Virus record (IMG/VR): IMGVR_UViG_3300027759_000045
Span: 1-64,000 of that record
Direction: 5' to 3' (one strand)
DNA: 64,000 bases
Shown: positions 55,341 to 64,000 of the stretch, in pieces
Layout: each line of letters starts with the position of its first letter
How positions within the stretch are numbered: the first letter of the stretch is position 1
Translations under genes and position numbers: made by a program
Notes under the pieces: generated by a model
Databases searched by the model: none
What the model saw: the letters and a program-made list of their open reading frames with translations, nothing else
What the model was told of the DNA's origin: nothing

Positions 55341-58300
55341 ATGAATATTTCTGAACTAGATTCCTACAACCTTGCTGATGCTGTTAAATTTAATGAACAG
55401 TTGAACCCACGTATCTGGCAGGGCAATAAAATGCGCCCACAGGTGCGGGCCACGCTGTTAAAAATTGCTGAAGACTTTAAACAAAGTTTGGGGATTGGCG
55501 ATTTGAACGTCAAAGACATCACCTTGTCCGGCAGCAATGCTGGTTACACATATACTCCACATAGTGACATAGATCTACACCTGGTGGTGGACCTACCCGA
55601 AGCAGATGTGAGTGAAGTGTATCGCGAGTTGTTTGATGCTAAAAAGTTTCAGTACAACGAAACACACAATATCAAAATTGGTGGCTACGATGTAGAACTC
55701 TATGTGGAAAACGCCAACAAATCGGCAGTGAGTCAAGGCATATTCAGTGTGCTGAATAACGACTGGATCAACATTCCACTGAAAAAACGTTCTACAATAA
55801 ACGACACTGCGGTCAAGAGCAAGTACGATGTGATCAAGCATCGCATTGAATCAGCAGTGAAATCTGGCAGTCTAAAACGACTGACCAACACTGCTGCCAA
55901 GATTAAAAAGATGCGTCAAGCCGGACTTGATCAGCACGGTGAACTGGGTCCAGAAAACATTGCGTACAAGATGTTGCGTTCACAAGGTGTTATACAACAA
56001 CTGTATGATGCCAGAACCAAGGCCAAAGATCGAGCACTGAGTCTTAAAGAACGGTCTATTGAAATTGATAAACCATTTAAATTCACCTACGGATTCAAAG
56101 CCACAGAAGATGTTGGTGCTTCATGGGATGGAGTAAGTCCCACAACACAGATGTTCTTGAATGAAGAACCCAAGTCAGATGAAGATATACTCACAGACTT
56201 TGTGGAGTTTTGTGTTGCAGAACTAGAGATTGAACAGATGCCACGTGTTCGCCTGCGTAAAGATCCGCAGTGGCCTGTGCGGCACAAGACGTTTGGTCGC
56301 TACAACGACAATGAAAAAATGTTAGAAGTGGCCTGGGGTCAACGACACATCATGGATGTGTTGCGCACAGTGGCACATGAACTCACACACAAGCATCAAC
56401 ACGAACGTGATGGCAGTGATATGGGATCTGACGCAGGTGAAACTGGCAGTCCTTACGAAAACGAAGCCAATGCTCGTGCCGGTGTACTCATGCGTGACTA
56501 TGCCAAACTGCACCCGGAACATTTTGCCGCCGGCCAAACAGATGATTTAGCAGAAGCATCAGGATACATCCCCACAAAGAAGCAGGCAAAGGACCCACGC
56601 TTTAGCATGGCCTTGACTCGAGATGTACGTCCAGGTGCGGTGGGTAAGGAAGCAAACAAACTAGGACTAAAGACTGACAATCAAGGACATCCAGGATTGT
56701 TAATGACTGGTTTGGCCAATGCACTGCGTGAGTTTAAAGAAACTGGGCAGATGCCGCTGATATACGAAGATGAGTTGTTTGAAATCAACATGAGCACAGG
56801 TAGCTTACGTCGCGAAGCTGCCAAGACCGGCGCTATTGCTGGCATGGAATTTGAAATGATTGTGCCCAATGTGGAAGGTGGCGACGATGATGGCCAACAG
56901 GAACCTGATTATGAGTATGACGAAGGTGTTAGTAGTATCCAAGACGCATATGACTTCTTCTACGACGGTGATTACAACAGCCGAGGTGATGTTACTCGAC
57001 TGCGTGAGAAGATGCAAAATGAATATTACGAATGGCTAGGTGAGTCGTTTGATACTCGTTGGGACGGTGACGAGTCAGAGTTTGTGTACAACTACCTTAA
57101 AGAAAACGCCAGTGCAGATGAAATTGCAGAAATACTAAGCACAGAACCCGACGCAGACGGTGAATACCCAGAGCCTGATAAACAGGCATATCGCGATGCC
57201 ACAGAAAAAGTTGTCGAAGAAAGCTACGGCAACTACTGGTATGATGCAGCACGTGAAAGTGCGCAGGAAGATTTTAATCAGAATGCAGACCTAGAATCAG
57301 AATGGTTAGAAGATCGAGACTTGAACCGCATGTCAGACATTGAAAATGAATACAACATGAGTTGGCCGCACTGGCAGTCAATGGGCAATGGTGGCGAAGC
57401 CAGCATCGAAGATGTTGCCCAAGAGTTTGAAAATGCCATAGACCGTCCTGTTCAAGCCAGCGGTAACTATCACTCCGGCGGCGTGCGAAGACCCAGCCCA
57501 ACAGCACAGCACTATCTAGTAGAACCTGATGGCAGTTTAGAAGCCAATGACAGCGATGATGTAGGCCTAGAGTTTGTAAGTCCACCTTTGCCTATTGACG
57601 ATATATTAAGTGACTTGAACAAAGTCAAGGCCTGGGCCAAACAATACGGATGCTACACCAACGATTCAACAGGCCTACACATCAACATCTCAGTGCCGGA
57701 CTACAGTAGAGAAAACTTGGACTTTGTTAAACTAGCTCTGTTAATGGGCGACGAGTATGTGCTGGACAACTTTGGTCGTGCTGGCAATACCTACGCTAAA
57801 TCAGCAATGAAATTAGTACGCGATCAAGTGCGCACTAAACCCGACGAAGCTGAACGTTTGTTGGATAAAATGAAAGGCAACCTGGACAGTTTGGCAAGCA
57901 AGGCCATACACTCGGGCGTGACCAGCAAGTACACCAGTATCAACACCAAGGACGGACATATTGAATTCCGCTCACCCGGTGGTGACTGGTTAGATGACAA
58001 CTTTGACAAGATTGAAAACACATTATTGCGTTTTACAGTGGCCATGAGTGCGGCTCTAAATCCAGAAATGTATCGCGAAGAATACCTGAAGAAACTGTAC
58101 AAGTTGTTGACACAGGACAACAAGGGTTCTGACACCATCAAGTACTTCAGTGAATATGTAGCAGGCAAGATTCCTGCAGCCGCACTGCGTAGTTTTGTTA
58201 AGCAGGCACAGTTGGAACGCAAGTTGAAGAAAGATCCAACAGGCGGTGAAAAATATTGGTGGAGTGTTCGTAGTCCTGGCAATAGCAATGCTGGTATAGA

Positions 58301-59072
58301 AGTTGTTGCCTCATCTAAAGAAGAAGCAATTGAAAAAGCCATTGGTGGTTATCCAAGTTGGGCTAACTATCGAAGTTCGTTGGTTGCCAAGCCAATGCGT
58401 CCATATGAACAATCTGCAAAAACTGTTCGCTACGAAATCTACAACAAACAGACTGGCAACTCAGTAGAGGATGCCGATGGAATTACCAATGATGAAGAGG
58501 CATTGGTTCGTCTCAATGATTATATTGAACACGGTCCGCATAGCCTACAACGAGGCCAGGCCACTGCTATGTTTGGTATACGTACTACCGGTGGAGTTGG
58601 AATTGTTGATATAGACATGCCAATAGCCCAGGGTCGTGCTGCCACAAGCCCAACTGGACAGTGGAAAATGATTGACGGATTAAATCGTGAATTATATCGT
58701 TTCCGTCCTGCAGAAAACACAAGAACAAGAGCCAATTACTTGGCAAGAGTATGGGCAGAAACACATAACTTTGACGGTAACTATCAAGTTGATCCAGTGG
58801 AAGAAAACGATGTGGTGCCGCAACCGGACGTGATCCCGCTACAGCAACCAACACCCGTTCCAGGCAGTACCGCAGACCTAGCACAACGCCGAGCACAAGG
58901 TGGCGAGTTTACCGGTGCTTGGAAGATTGTAGATTCTGATGGTAATGAACTGCATAGATTTTCCGGCATAGGCAATCAACAGCGTGACGCTAATCGTGTG
59001 GCCACACAGTGGTTGACCGACAATGGCTACAGCTATGGCACAGATGTCACTGTGCTACCAATAGTGAGTTAA
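55341..59072 (+). CDS. Polyvalent protein: Pol-beta-type nucleotidyltransferase + zincin metallopeptidase + amidoligase (COOH-NH2 ligase) + C-terminal repeats
   Basis: GSNA..SDIDLH; AHELTH..Q..ENEANA; GMEFE, DGSL, LEFVSP, TGLHINIS, KY.SIN, IEFR. Confidence 0.75.
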   Translation: MNISELDSYNLADAVKFNEQLNPRIWQGNKMRPQVRATLLKIAEDFKQSLGIGDLNVKDITLSGSNAGYTYTPHSDIDLHLVVDLPEADVSEVYRELFDAKKFQYNETHNIKIGGYDVELYVENANKSAVSQGIFSVLNNDWINIPLKKRSTINDTAVKSKYDVIKHRIESAVKSGSLKRLTNTAAKIKKMRQAGLDQHGELGPENIAYKMLRSQGVIQQLYDARTKAKDRALSLKERSIEIDKPFKFTYGFKATEDVGASWDGVSPTTQMFLNEEPKSDEDILTDFVEFCVAELEIEQMPRVRLRKDPQWPVRHKTFGRYNDNEKMLEVAWGQRHIMDVLRTVAHELTHKHQHERDGSDMGSDAGETGSPYENEANARAGVLMRDYAKLHPEHFAAGQTDDLAEASGYIPTKKQAKDPRFSMALTRDVRPGAVGKEANKLGLKTDNQGHPGLLMTGLANALREFKETGQMPLIYEDELFEINMSTGSLRREAAKTGAIAGMEFEMIVPNVEGGDDDGQQEPDYEYDEGVSSIQDAYDFFYDGDYNSRGDVTRLREKMQNEYYEWLGESFDTRWDGDESEFVYNYLKENASADEIAEILSTEPDADGEYPEPDKQAYRDATEKVVEESYGNYWYDAARESAQEDFNQNADLESEWLEDRDLNRMSDIENEYNMSWPHWQSMGNGGEASIEDVAQEFENAIDRPVQASGNYHSGGVRRPSPTAQHYLVEPDGSLEANDSDDVGLEFVSPPLPIDDILSDLNKVKAWAKQYGCYTNDSTGLHINISVPDYSRENLDFVKLALLMGDEYVLDNFGRAGNTYAKSAMKLVRDQVRTKPDEAERLLDKMKGNLDSLASKAIHSGVTSKYTSINTKDGHIEFRSPGGDWLDDNFDKIENTLLRFTVAMSAALNPEMYREEYLKKLYKLLTQDNKGSDTIKYFSEYVAGKIPAAALRSFVKQAQLERKLKKDPTGGEKYWWSVRSPGNSNAGIEVVASSKEEAIEKAIGGYPSWANYRSSLVAKPMRPYEQSAKTVRYEIYNKQTGNSVEDADGITNDEEALVRLNDYIEHGPHSLQRGQATAMFGIRTTGGVGIVDIDMPIAQGRAATSPTGQWKMIDGLNRELYRFRPAENTRTRANYLARVWAETHNFDGNYQVDPVEENDVVPQPDVIPLQQPTPVPGSTADLAQRRAQGGEFTGAWKIVDSDGNELHRFSGIGNQQRDANRVATQWLTDNGYSYGTDVTVLPIVS

Positions 59073-59073
59073 C

Positions 59074-60060
59074 ATGCGAGCCAGTGAATTTTTAATCGAA
59101 TATAGAGATAGACTATTACAATATGTCAAGAGTCTGTTGCCCACTTGGCCTGAATATGTTCTCAAAGATTGGTTGGTGCCCAACAAAGGTGACTTTAGTA
59201 ATTTACCAGATACTGAACTTAAAAATGGTATAATGGAAAAATTAAAAGGACAAGGTCTTTCTCCGAGTACTAAATGGCAACTTGTACCCGATATGAAGTT
59301 TACAATGGACATGTTTGAGCCAATGACTACACAGCGATTGGTTGGTCGTGCAGGTGGCAAAAGTGATTTAGGCATGAAAATTCCAAAGGATGCCGAACGA
59401 CACGCTACACAAGCCGCCCTGGCACAACAGCAAGGCGGTGTGCGTAAAGAACCTGTGCTACTAATAAAAACAGCCAATGGATATGAACTATTAGAAGGTT
59501 GGCATAGAACAATACAGCACTTTGCTCGGTATCCTAATGGATATACAGGCCCTGCGTATGTGGCAGTGGCACAAGGTCAGCAAGGTGTGGCGGAAGGCTC
59601 GGAACATTACAATGGCATTGAAATCTCCATGGAAAAGGAAGATGATGAAATTATGGTAAAGGCAATAATGCCAGGCGGTCGCGAACTTGGACATGTATTA
59701 TTTGTACAAGAGGGTGATTACTTAATGCCACAAGATTTAGAAGTTGATGAACGCTATCAAGGCCAAGGCATTGCCGCCACAATGTACGACTATATAAAAA
59801 GCAAAGGATACAAGATACGCCGCAGTGGTCAACAAACAGATGCAGGTGCAGGCTTCTGGGACAAACATCGTCCTGAGCAAAACGTTTGGGAAAACTTTGC
59901 GGATGGCAAAAATCCTGGACGCAAAGGCTTGAGCAAGCGAGTGGGAATTCCTAAAAAAGCCACCTTGGGCAAACTGGAAAAGATTGCAAAGTCCAGCACA
60001 GGCGAACGCCGCAGGATGGCACAGTGGCAACTAAATATGAGACGAGGTAAGAAAAAATGA
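59074..60060 (+). CDS. Multi-module protein: ParB-like + GNAT acetyltransferase + basic tail
   Basis: EPVLL..LLEGWHR; V...YQGQGIA..MY, QT.AG..FW. Confidence 0.65.
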   Translation: MRASEFLIEYRDRLLQYVKSLLPTWPEYVLKDWLVPNKGDFSNLPDTELKNGIMEKLKGQGLSPSTKWQLVPDMKFTMDMFEPMTTQRLVGRAGGKSDLGMKIPKDAERHATQAALAQQQGGVRKEPVLLIKTANGYELLEGWHRTIQHFARYPNGYTGPAYVAVAQGQQGVAEGSEHYNGIEISMEKEDDEIMVKAIMPGGRELGHVLFVQEGDYLMPQDLEVDERYQGQGIAATMYDYIKSKGYKIRRSGQQTDAGAGFWDKHRPEQNVWENFADGKNPGRKGLSKRVGIPKKATLGKLEKIAKSSTGERRRMAQWQLNMRRGKKK

Positions 60061-60381
60061 GATCAAGTGAATTCGTATTTGAAAAGTGGAGCGAAAAATA
60101 CAAAAGCAGTATTAACTGTAGCCACCCTCGAGGCTTTTCACAAAAAGCACACTGTGCCGGTAAAAACAAACAGAATGAATCAGTTGAGATGGAAATGGTG
60201 TGCGAAGATTGTGGCATGTGTGAAACACATGGCAATGTAAATGAAATTAAAAAAGGTGCTAAAGACTCAAATGGCTATACCCGTTGCTGGCCTGGCAAAC
60301 ATGCTGAAGGCACCAAAAAGGGCAAGAATGGCGGACAAGTTCGCAACTGTGTGCCCAATGAATCGCAAGGTGTGGCGGAAG
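59580..60381 (+). repeat. 17-bp direct repeat GCAAGGTGTGGCGGAAG (59580-59596 and 60365-60381)
   Basis: Identical copies, both encoding QGVAE at module junctions. Confidence 0.8.
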
Positions 60382-60794
60382 AATTATCAAAAGAGTTTGA
60401 TCTTATTGAAAGTATCATCGAAGGTATTGCTGAGCACAATGGTGTAGATGCCGAAACAGTATGGGAGGACCTAGAAAGCCTGACTGAAGATGAACTGTAT
60501 GCGTTTGCTGTGACTTCGCAACTGAACGAAGACTGGCAAAAGGCCAACAAGCGAGACAAGACCGATGGCATGAGCCAAAAGGCTGTGAATGCTTATCGCA
60601 GAGAGAATCCCGGATCGAAACTAAAGACTGCTGTGACCACTAAACCTTCGAAGCTAAAGAAAGGCTCTAAAGCCTCCAAGCGCAGATCAAGCTATTGCTC
60701 ACGCAGCCGTGGACAAATGAAAATGCATAGTATCTCATGTGCCAAAACTCCAGACAAAGCCATCTGCAAAGCACGACGTCGTTGGAACTGCTGA
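60057..60794 (+). CDS. Putative virion internal multi-module protein
   Basis: MRSSEFVFE leader; SINCSHPRGFSQKAHC, CWPG..NCVP, YRRENPGSKL..SYC.RS modules. Confidence 0.6.
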   Translation: MRSSEFVFEKWSEKYKSSINCSHPRGFSQKAHCAGKNKQNESVEMEMVCEDCGMCETHGNVNEIKKGAKDSNGYTRCWPGKHAEGTKKGKNGGQVRNCVPNESQGVAEELSKEFDLIESIIEGIAEHNGVDAETVWEDLESLTEDELYAFAVTSQLNEDWQKANKRDKTDGMSQKAVNAYRRENPGSKLKTAVTTKPSKLKKGSKASKRRSSYCSRSRGQMKMHSISCAKTPDKAICKARRRWNC

Positions 60795-60982
60795 TGAAGG
60801 TCAAAGAAGTCGTTAAAAGTGCAAAGCAATGGACTGCCAAGGTGCGTGTTCAGAATCCTGGATATGTGGGCTGGGTCGATGCAGTGGTCTGGGCTCCTAA
60901 CACTCATGTGGCCAGACAAATGATCAAAGCACAGTACCGAATTGAAGATTGGCACGTGGGCTCAATCAAAGAACTGCGTTAA
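60794..60982 (+). CDS. Hypothetical protein
   Basis: TGATG coupling; MKVKEVV. Confidence 0.55.
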   Translation: MKVKEVVKSAKQWTAKVRVQNPGYVGWVDAVVWAPNTHVARQMIKAQYRIEDWHVGSIKELR

Positions 60983-61683
60983 CTACGTAAGCGAGCCAGT
61001 CCTACTAGTCTAAATACACCAAGCCACATCCATCCTGCATCAAATTCAAACCAACGACGACTCAGTCTAGGGTTAGCAGGATCCAGATGATGGTTATTAT
61101 GCAGGCATTCCCCACCAACAACAATATCCCAAGGCACAATGTTTCTGCTGTGATCTTTAGTTTCGCCATTTCTATATCCCCACCAATGTCCAATGCCGTT
61201 GATAACTCCGGCCGCCCACCAAGGTATCCATGCCATTTGTATACCCCAAATCAGCACTCCCCACACACCAAACAACGCAACATCGATCGCAAGCATTAAT
61301 AAGATGCCTAGTCTGCTGTGGCGAGTGTAAACGTTGCGTTCAATCCAGTCATCCGGTGTGCCTGCGCCATACTGTGCAACCATCTCTGCGTCTCGGCTGG
61401 CTGAGTGATACAGGCCTGCACCTTTAAACAATACACGCCCAATTCCGTATACGTGTGGGCTGTGCGGATCACCTTCTGCATCACTGAATCTGTGATGCTT
61501 GCGATGGATAGCTACCCATTGCTTTGTAACCATGCCTGTGGTGAGCCATAGCCAGGCTCGCATGAAGTGTTCCAGTACAGGAGTAAAAACGATACCGCGA
61601 TGTGCTTGGCCACGGTGTAGGTACAATGTAACACAGATTATGGTAATGTGTGTGACTATTAAGGTATAGATAAGTTCTGTCAT
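60979..61683 (-). CDS. Membrane fatty-acid (delta-9-type) desaturase
   Basis: His boxes HRGQAH, HRKHH, HNNHH; GDPHSP. Confidence 0.9.
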   Translation of the reverse strand: MTELIYTLIVTHITIICVTLYLHRGQAHRGIVFTPVLEHFMRAWLWLTTGMVTKQWVAIHRKHHRFSDAEGDPHSPHVYGIGRVLFKGAGLYHSASRDAEMVAQYGAGTPDDWIERNVYTRHSRLGILLMLAIDVALFGVWGVLIWGIQMAWIPWWAAGVINGIGHWWGYRNGETKDHSRNIVPWDIVVGGECLHNNHHLDPANPRLSRRWFEFDAGWMWLGVFRLVGLARLRS

Positions 61684-61751
61684 AGTGTATTTAAGTAAAA
61701 CTATTGCCAAATTGCTAATTTAACTATACAGTTAACGGCACTAAATACAGC

Positions 61752-62033
61752 ATGAAACAGTTTATTCGTGTGCTATGTGACGTTGATTGTGCTTGGGCAG
61801 GTACTGAGCCAGTGTATCGCGTTTATGTTGATGACGAATTATTTGCTGAAAGAACCTGGCGCTGGCAAGATGTGTATCTAGAAGAAATGATACAGATCGA
61901 AGCAGAGCCGGGAGAATATGTAATCAGTTATGAACTTGTTGATTCTCCCGGTGCCACGCTACGTGTGTCAAACATGCGTGTGGATTATGGTCCCGGAAGA
62001 ATTAAAGGAAATCTACTAAAGATACTCACATGA
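61752..62033 (+). CDS. Hypothetical late protein
   Basis: YRVYVDDELFAERTW; TAAATA-4nt-ATG. Confidence 0.65.
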   Translation: MKQFIRVLCDVDCAWAGTEPVYRVYVDDELFAERTWRWQDVYLEEMIQIEAEPGEYVISYELVDSPGATLRVSNMRVDYGPGRIKGNLLKILT

Positions 62034-62230
62034 GAGCTCAGGAATTTATCAAAGAAAATGCGTCAGTTGGTGCCACCAGTTCCGGCAGCGTTGCCACAGT
62101 GGCCATGCCCATGGGTGGCATGCAGTCAAGAAATCCCGATAGTTTCTTTTCTGGTAAATATACAAATGACCCTTTTCCCAACACACCGAAAAGTATGAGA
62201 AAGAAAGCAAGGAAAACAAATGTTAAGTGA
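62030..62230 (+). CDS. Small putative virion protein
   Basis: MRAQEFIKE leader; GATSSGSVA. Confidence 0.55.
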   Translation: MRAQEFIKENASVGATSSGSVATVAMPMGGMQSRNPDSFFSGKYTNDPFPNTPKSMRKKARKTNVK

Positions 62231-62660
62231 TTTACTAAAGACCTATTTGGCCAGTACATTTTCGTACTATTTGAAGGCACACTATTTTCATTGGAATGTG
62301 GAAGGACCTGACTTTGGTGAATTACATGAATTCTTTTCCAACATCTACGAAGATGCCTATTCAGCTGTGGATCCCATTGCTGAGTACATCCGTACCACAG
62401 AAGAATATGCTCCTGGCAGTCTCAGCCGCTTTTTAGAACTAACACAAGTACCAGATCAAACCAAAGTGCCACGTGCTCGTTTGATGCTGGAAGAATTACT
62501 CGCAGACACCCAAATAATGATCAACCTTAGCCGCCAAGTTTTCGAAGCCAGTGCTGCCGAAGGTCGTGAAGACATTGCAAACTTTGCCGCAGAACGCCAA
62601 AGCCAACACGGCAAGTATCAGTGGCAACTGAAAAGTTACTTGAAGGACGCGAGGGCATAA
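62220..62660 (+). CDS. dps: Dps/ferritin-like protein
   Basis: KAHYFHWNVEG..F..LHEFF..IY, D.IAE.IR, H.K..WQL. Confidence 0.9.
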   Translation: MLSDLLKTYLASTFSYYLKAHYFHWNVEGPDFGELHEFFSNIYEDAYSAVDPIAEYIRTTEEYAPGSLSRFLELTQVPDQTKVPRARLMLEELLADTQIMINLSRQVFEASAAEGREDIANFAAERQSQHGKYQWQLKSYLKDARA

Positions 62661-62661
62661 C

Positions 62662-63360
62662 ATGGATGAAATTTACACGATAATGCAGAGACTTGCATTG
62701 ATTGAAAGCACTATCACACCAGATAATGTTACCAAGGGATTGAACGCACAACAAAAATCTGTGCCGCAGATGCCTGCACTGTTTAAAATGCCTGATCAAG
62801 GTCCTGTGTTGGGTGGCGATCCTGATAAGAAAGCCTCCAGTGCTGGTTACATGGTTGGCTCCAATGAAAGTGAAGAACCTGAGCAGGATGCACTGGAAGA
62901 AGAAGTGGCCAGTGAAGACAAGCTGGACCGAGTTAAAAAGTCATTTGCCGATTACCTTGACAGCATTTCCGACGAAAAGAAAGACAGTGACTTAAAAGAC
63001 CGGGTCCGAGTAGATCGTGACATCAGCAAGCGGCCTGCGAAAGATGCCAGCATCATTGCCAAACAAGTTGTAGGTGTTGCAGAAGATCCCACAGAAGAAG
63101 ATCCCATTGTACAAATGCCCACAACCCCGGTACAAGAACCTACCTATGCTGAATCAGCGCCGGTTAAAACCGTTGCACTAGAAGACGGTCGTTCATGTGA
63201 AATACACGGAGACGAACGTGCGGGATTTGAAATTCGACACGCGGGCCGTTCATTGAAGAGTCGCTTTAAGAACTTGGACCAAGCACAGATGGCACTGGAA
63301 ATGTACCAGGCTAGACAACGCCGACAAGACGAATCAGCCGACTACGTAGAGGAAGCATAA
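62662..63360 (+). CDS. Acidic putative virion protein
   Basis: 232 aa ORF, Glu-rich junction motifs. Confidence 0.55.
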   Translation: MDEIYTIMQRLALIESTITPDNVTKGLNAQQKSVPQMPALFKMPDQGPVLGGDPDKKASSAGYMVGSNESEEPEQDALEEEVASEDKLDRVKKSFADYLDSISDEKKDSDLKDRVRVDRDISKRPAKDASIIAKQVVGVAEDPTEEDPIVQMPTTPVQEPTYAESAPVKTVALEDGRSCEIHGDERAGFEIRHAGRSLKSRFKNLDQAQMALEMYQARQRRQDESADYVEEA

Positions 63361-64000
63361 TGAACCTAAATGACCTATATGAAATGAGAGACTCACGTGA
63401 CGCATACGAACGTGATGTTGATAACAGCCAAGCGGGTATGGGCAAGCAGTCTCGTTCGGACGTCACAGGCGAGGAAGAACCCAGCGGTGTTTTTACTGTT
63501 GTGATCAACGGTAAACCTTGGAAAACTGGCTCGAGCAATGAAATGTTTGCTCTTGCCAGTCGTGTTGCCGACAAGCACTCTGACAAAAAAGTTGCTGTTA
63601 AATGGCCCACAGGTGAATTAAACACAGTTAAATCACGTGATGTAACCGAAGGTTATCATAATTCTAAAACAATAATCACTGAAGCGTTAATTACACAAAA
63701 ATTATGGGAAAATGCTGGCCGTAAGTTGATGGAAGCACAGTTAACTGCTGACCAAATTAATCAAATCTTTCAACAGGTAGAACAAGGTGCCACTGCCGCA
63801 GGCGGTAATCGTACCTTGATTGGTAAAGGCAAAGATGCTGCCGAAGCTGTTAACAAAGCCTGGGAAGATTTAAAGACCAAAGTACAGAACTCAGGACCTA
63901 TCAAAGGTGTTGATGCCATGTATGACCAAGCCGCTGAGAAACTAAAGCAAGCAACAGGCGGTGATCAAGGCGTGATGAAATACGTTCAAAAGTATCGTGA
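63360..64000 (+). CDS. Putative virion protein (partial, runs off right edge)
   Basis: MNLNDLYEMRDSRDAYERD..., open to the window end. Confidence 0.65.
   Translation, partial: MNLNDLYEMRDSRDAYERDVDNSQAGMGKQSRSDVTGEEEPSGVFTVVINGKPWKTGSSNEMFALASRVADKHSDKKVAVKWPTGELNTVKSRDVTEGYHNSKTIITEALITQKLWENAGRKLMEAQLTADQINQIFQQVEQGATAAGGNRTLIGKGKDAAEAVNKAWEDLKTKVQNSGPIKGVDAMYDQAAEKLKQATGGDQGVMKYVQKYR

Noticed and set aside
1-64000. CRISPR array, integrase/transposase, rRNA or stop-codon reassignment
   Set aside because: No regularly spaced repeat-spacer array or such genes were seen by eye. TAA, TGA and TAG all end genes cleanly (e.g. TAG at 14660, 16788, 29947), and recognisable proteins are intact in code 11

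Overview
This 64 kb window is from a large, probably lytic dsDNA tailed phage (jumbo/huge-phage-like, myovirus-type baseplate genes), not a cellular chromosome. Evidence: dense and mostly + strand genes, tail-fibre/baseplate genes, a spanin-endolysin-holin cassette, a clamp loader, a stand-alone DnaE fragment, PhoH, one tRNA(CAT), near-consensus sigma70 promoters before small early genes, and T4-late-like TAAATA boxes before structural genes. The spanins, heptose enzymes and a Bug/TctC protein point to a Gram-negative, plausibly Betaproteobacterial, host (inference). The accessory load is large: ADP-heptose enzymes, SOD, ErpA, Dps, IF-1, GroES, DnaJ, ClpA, an alpha-carbonic anhydrase and a fatty-acid desaturase. 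The best candidates for undescribed systems are: (i) an approximately 8 kb putative sulfation/modification island (34605-42801) with an APS-kinase::HxGH nucleotidyltransferase fusion, four sulfotransferase-like proteins and a shared ~33-aa module; (ii) a DGQHR/ParB + GIY-YIG-like + HNH-like three-gene cassette (9827-11947) resembling a split GmrSD-type nuclease; (iii) putative capsid-targeted, protease-processed cargo polyproteins with MRxxEFxxE leaders and a DNA-identical QGVAE linker; (iv) an intein-less split DnaE; and (v) widespread promoter-to-ATG spacing that suggests leaderless mRNAs. All calls come from manual motif recognition; no database searches were run.
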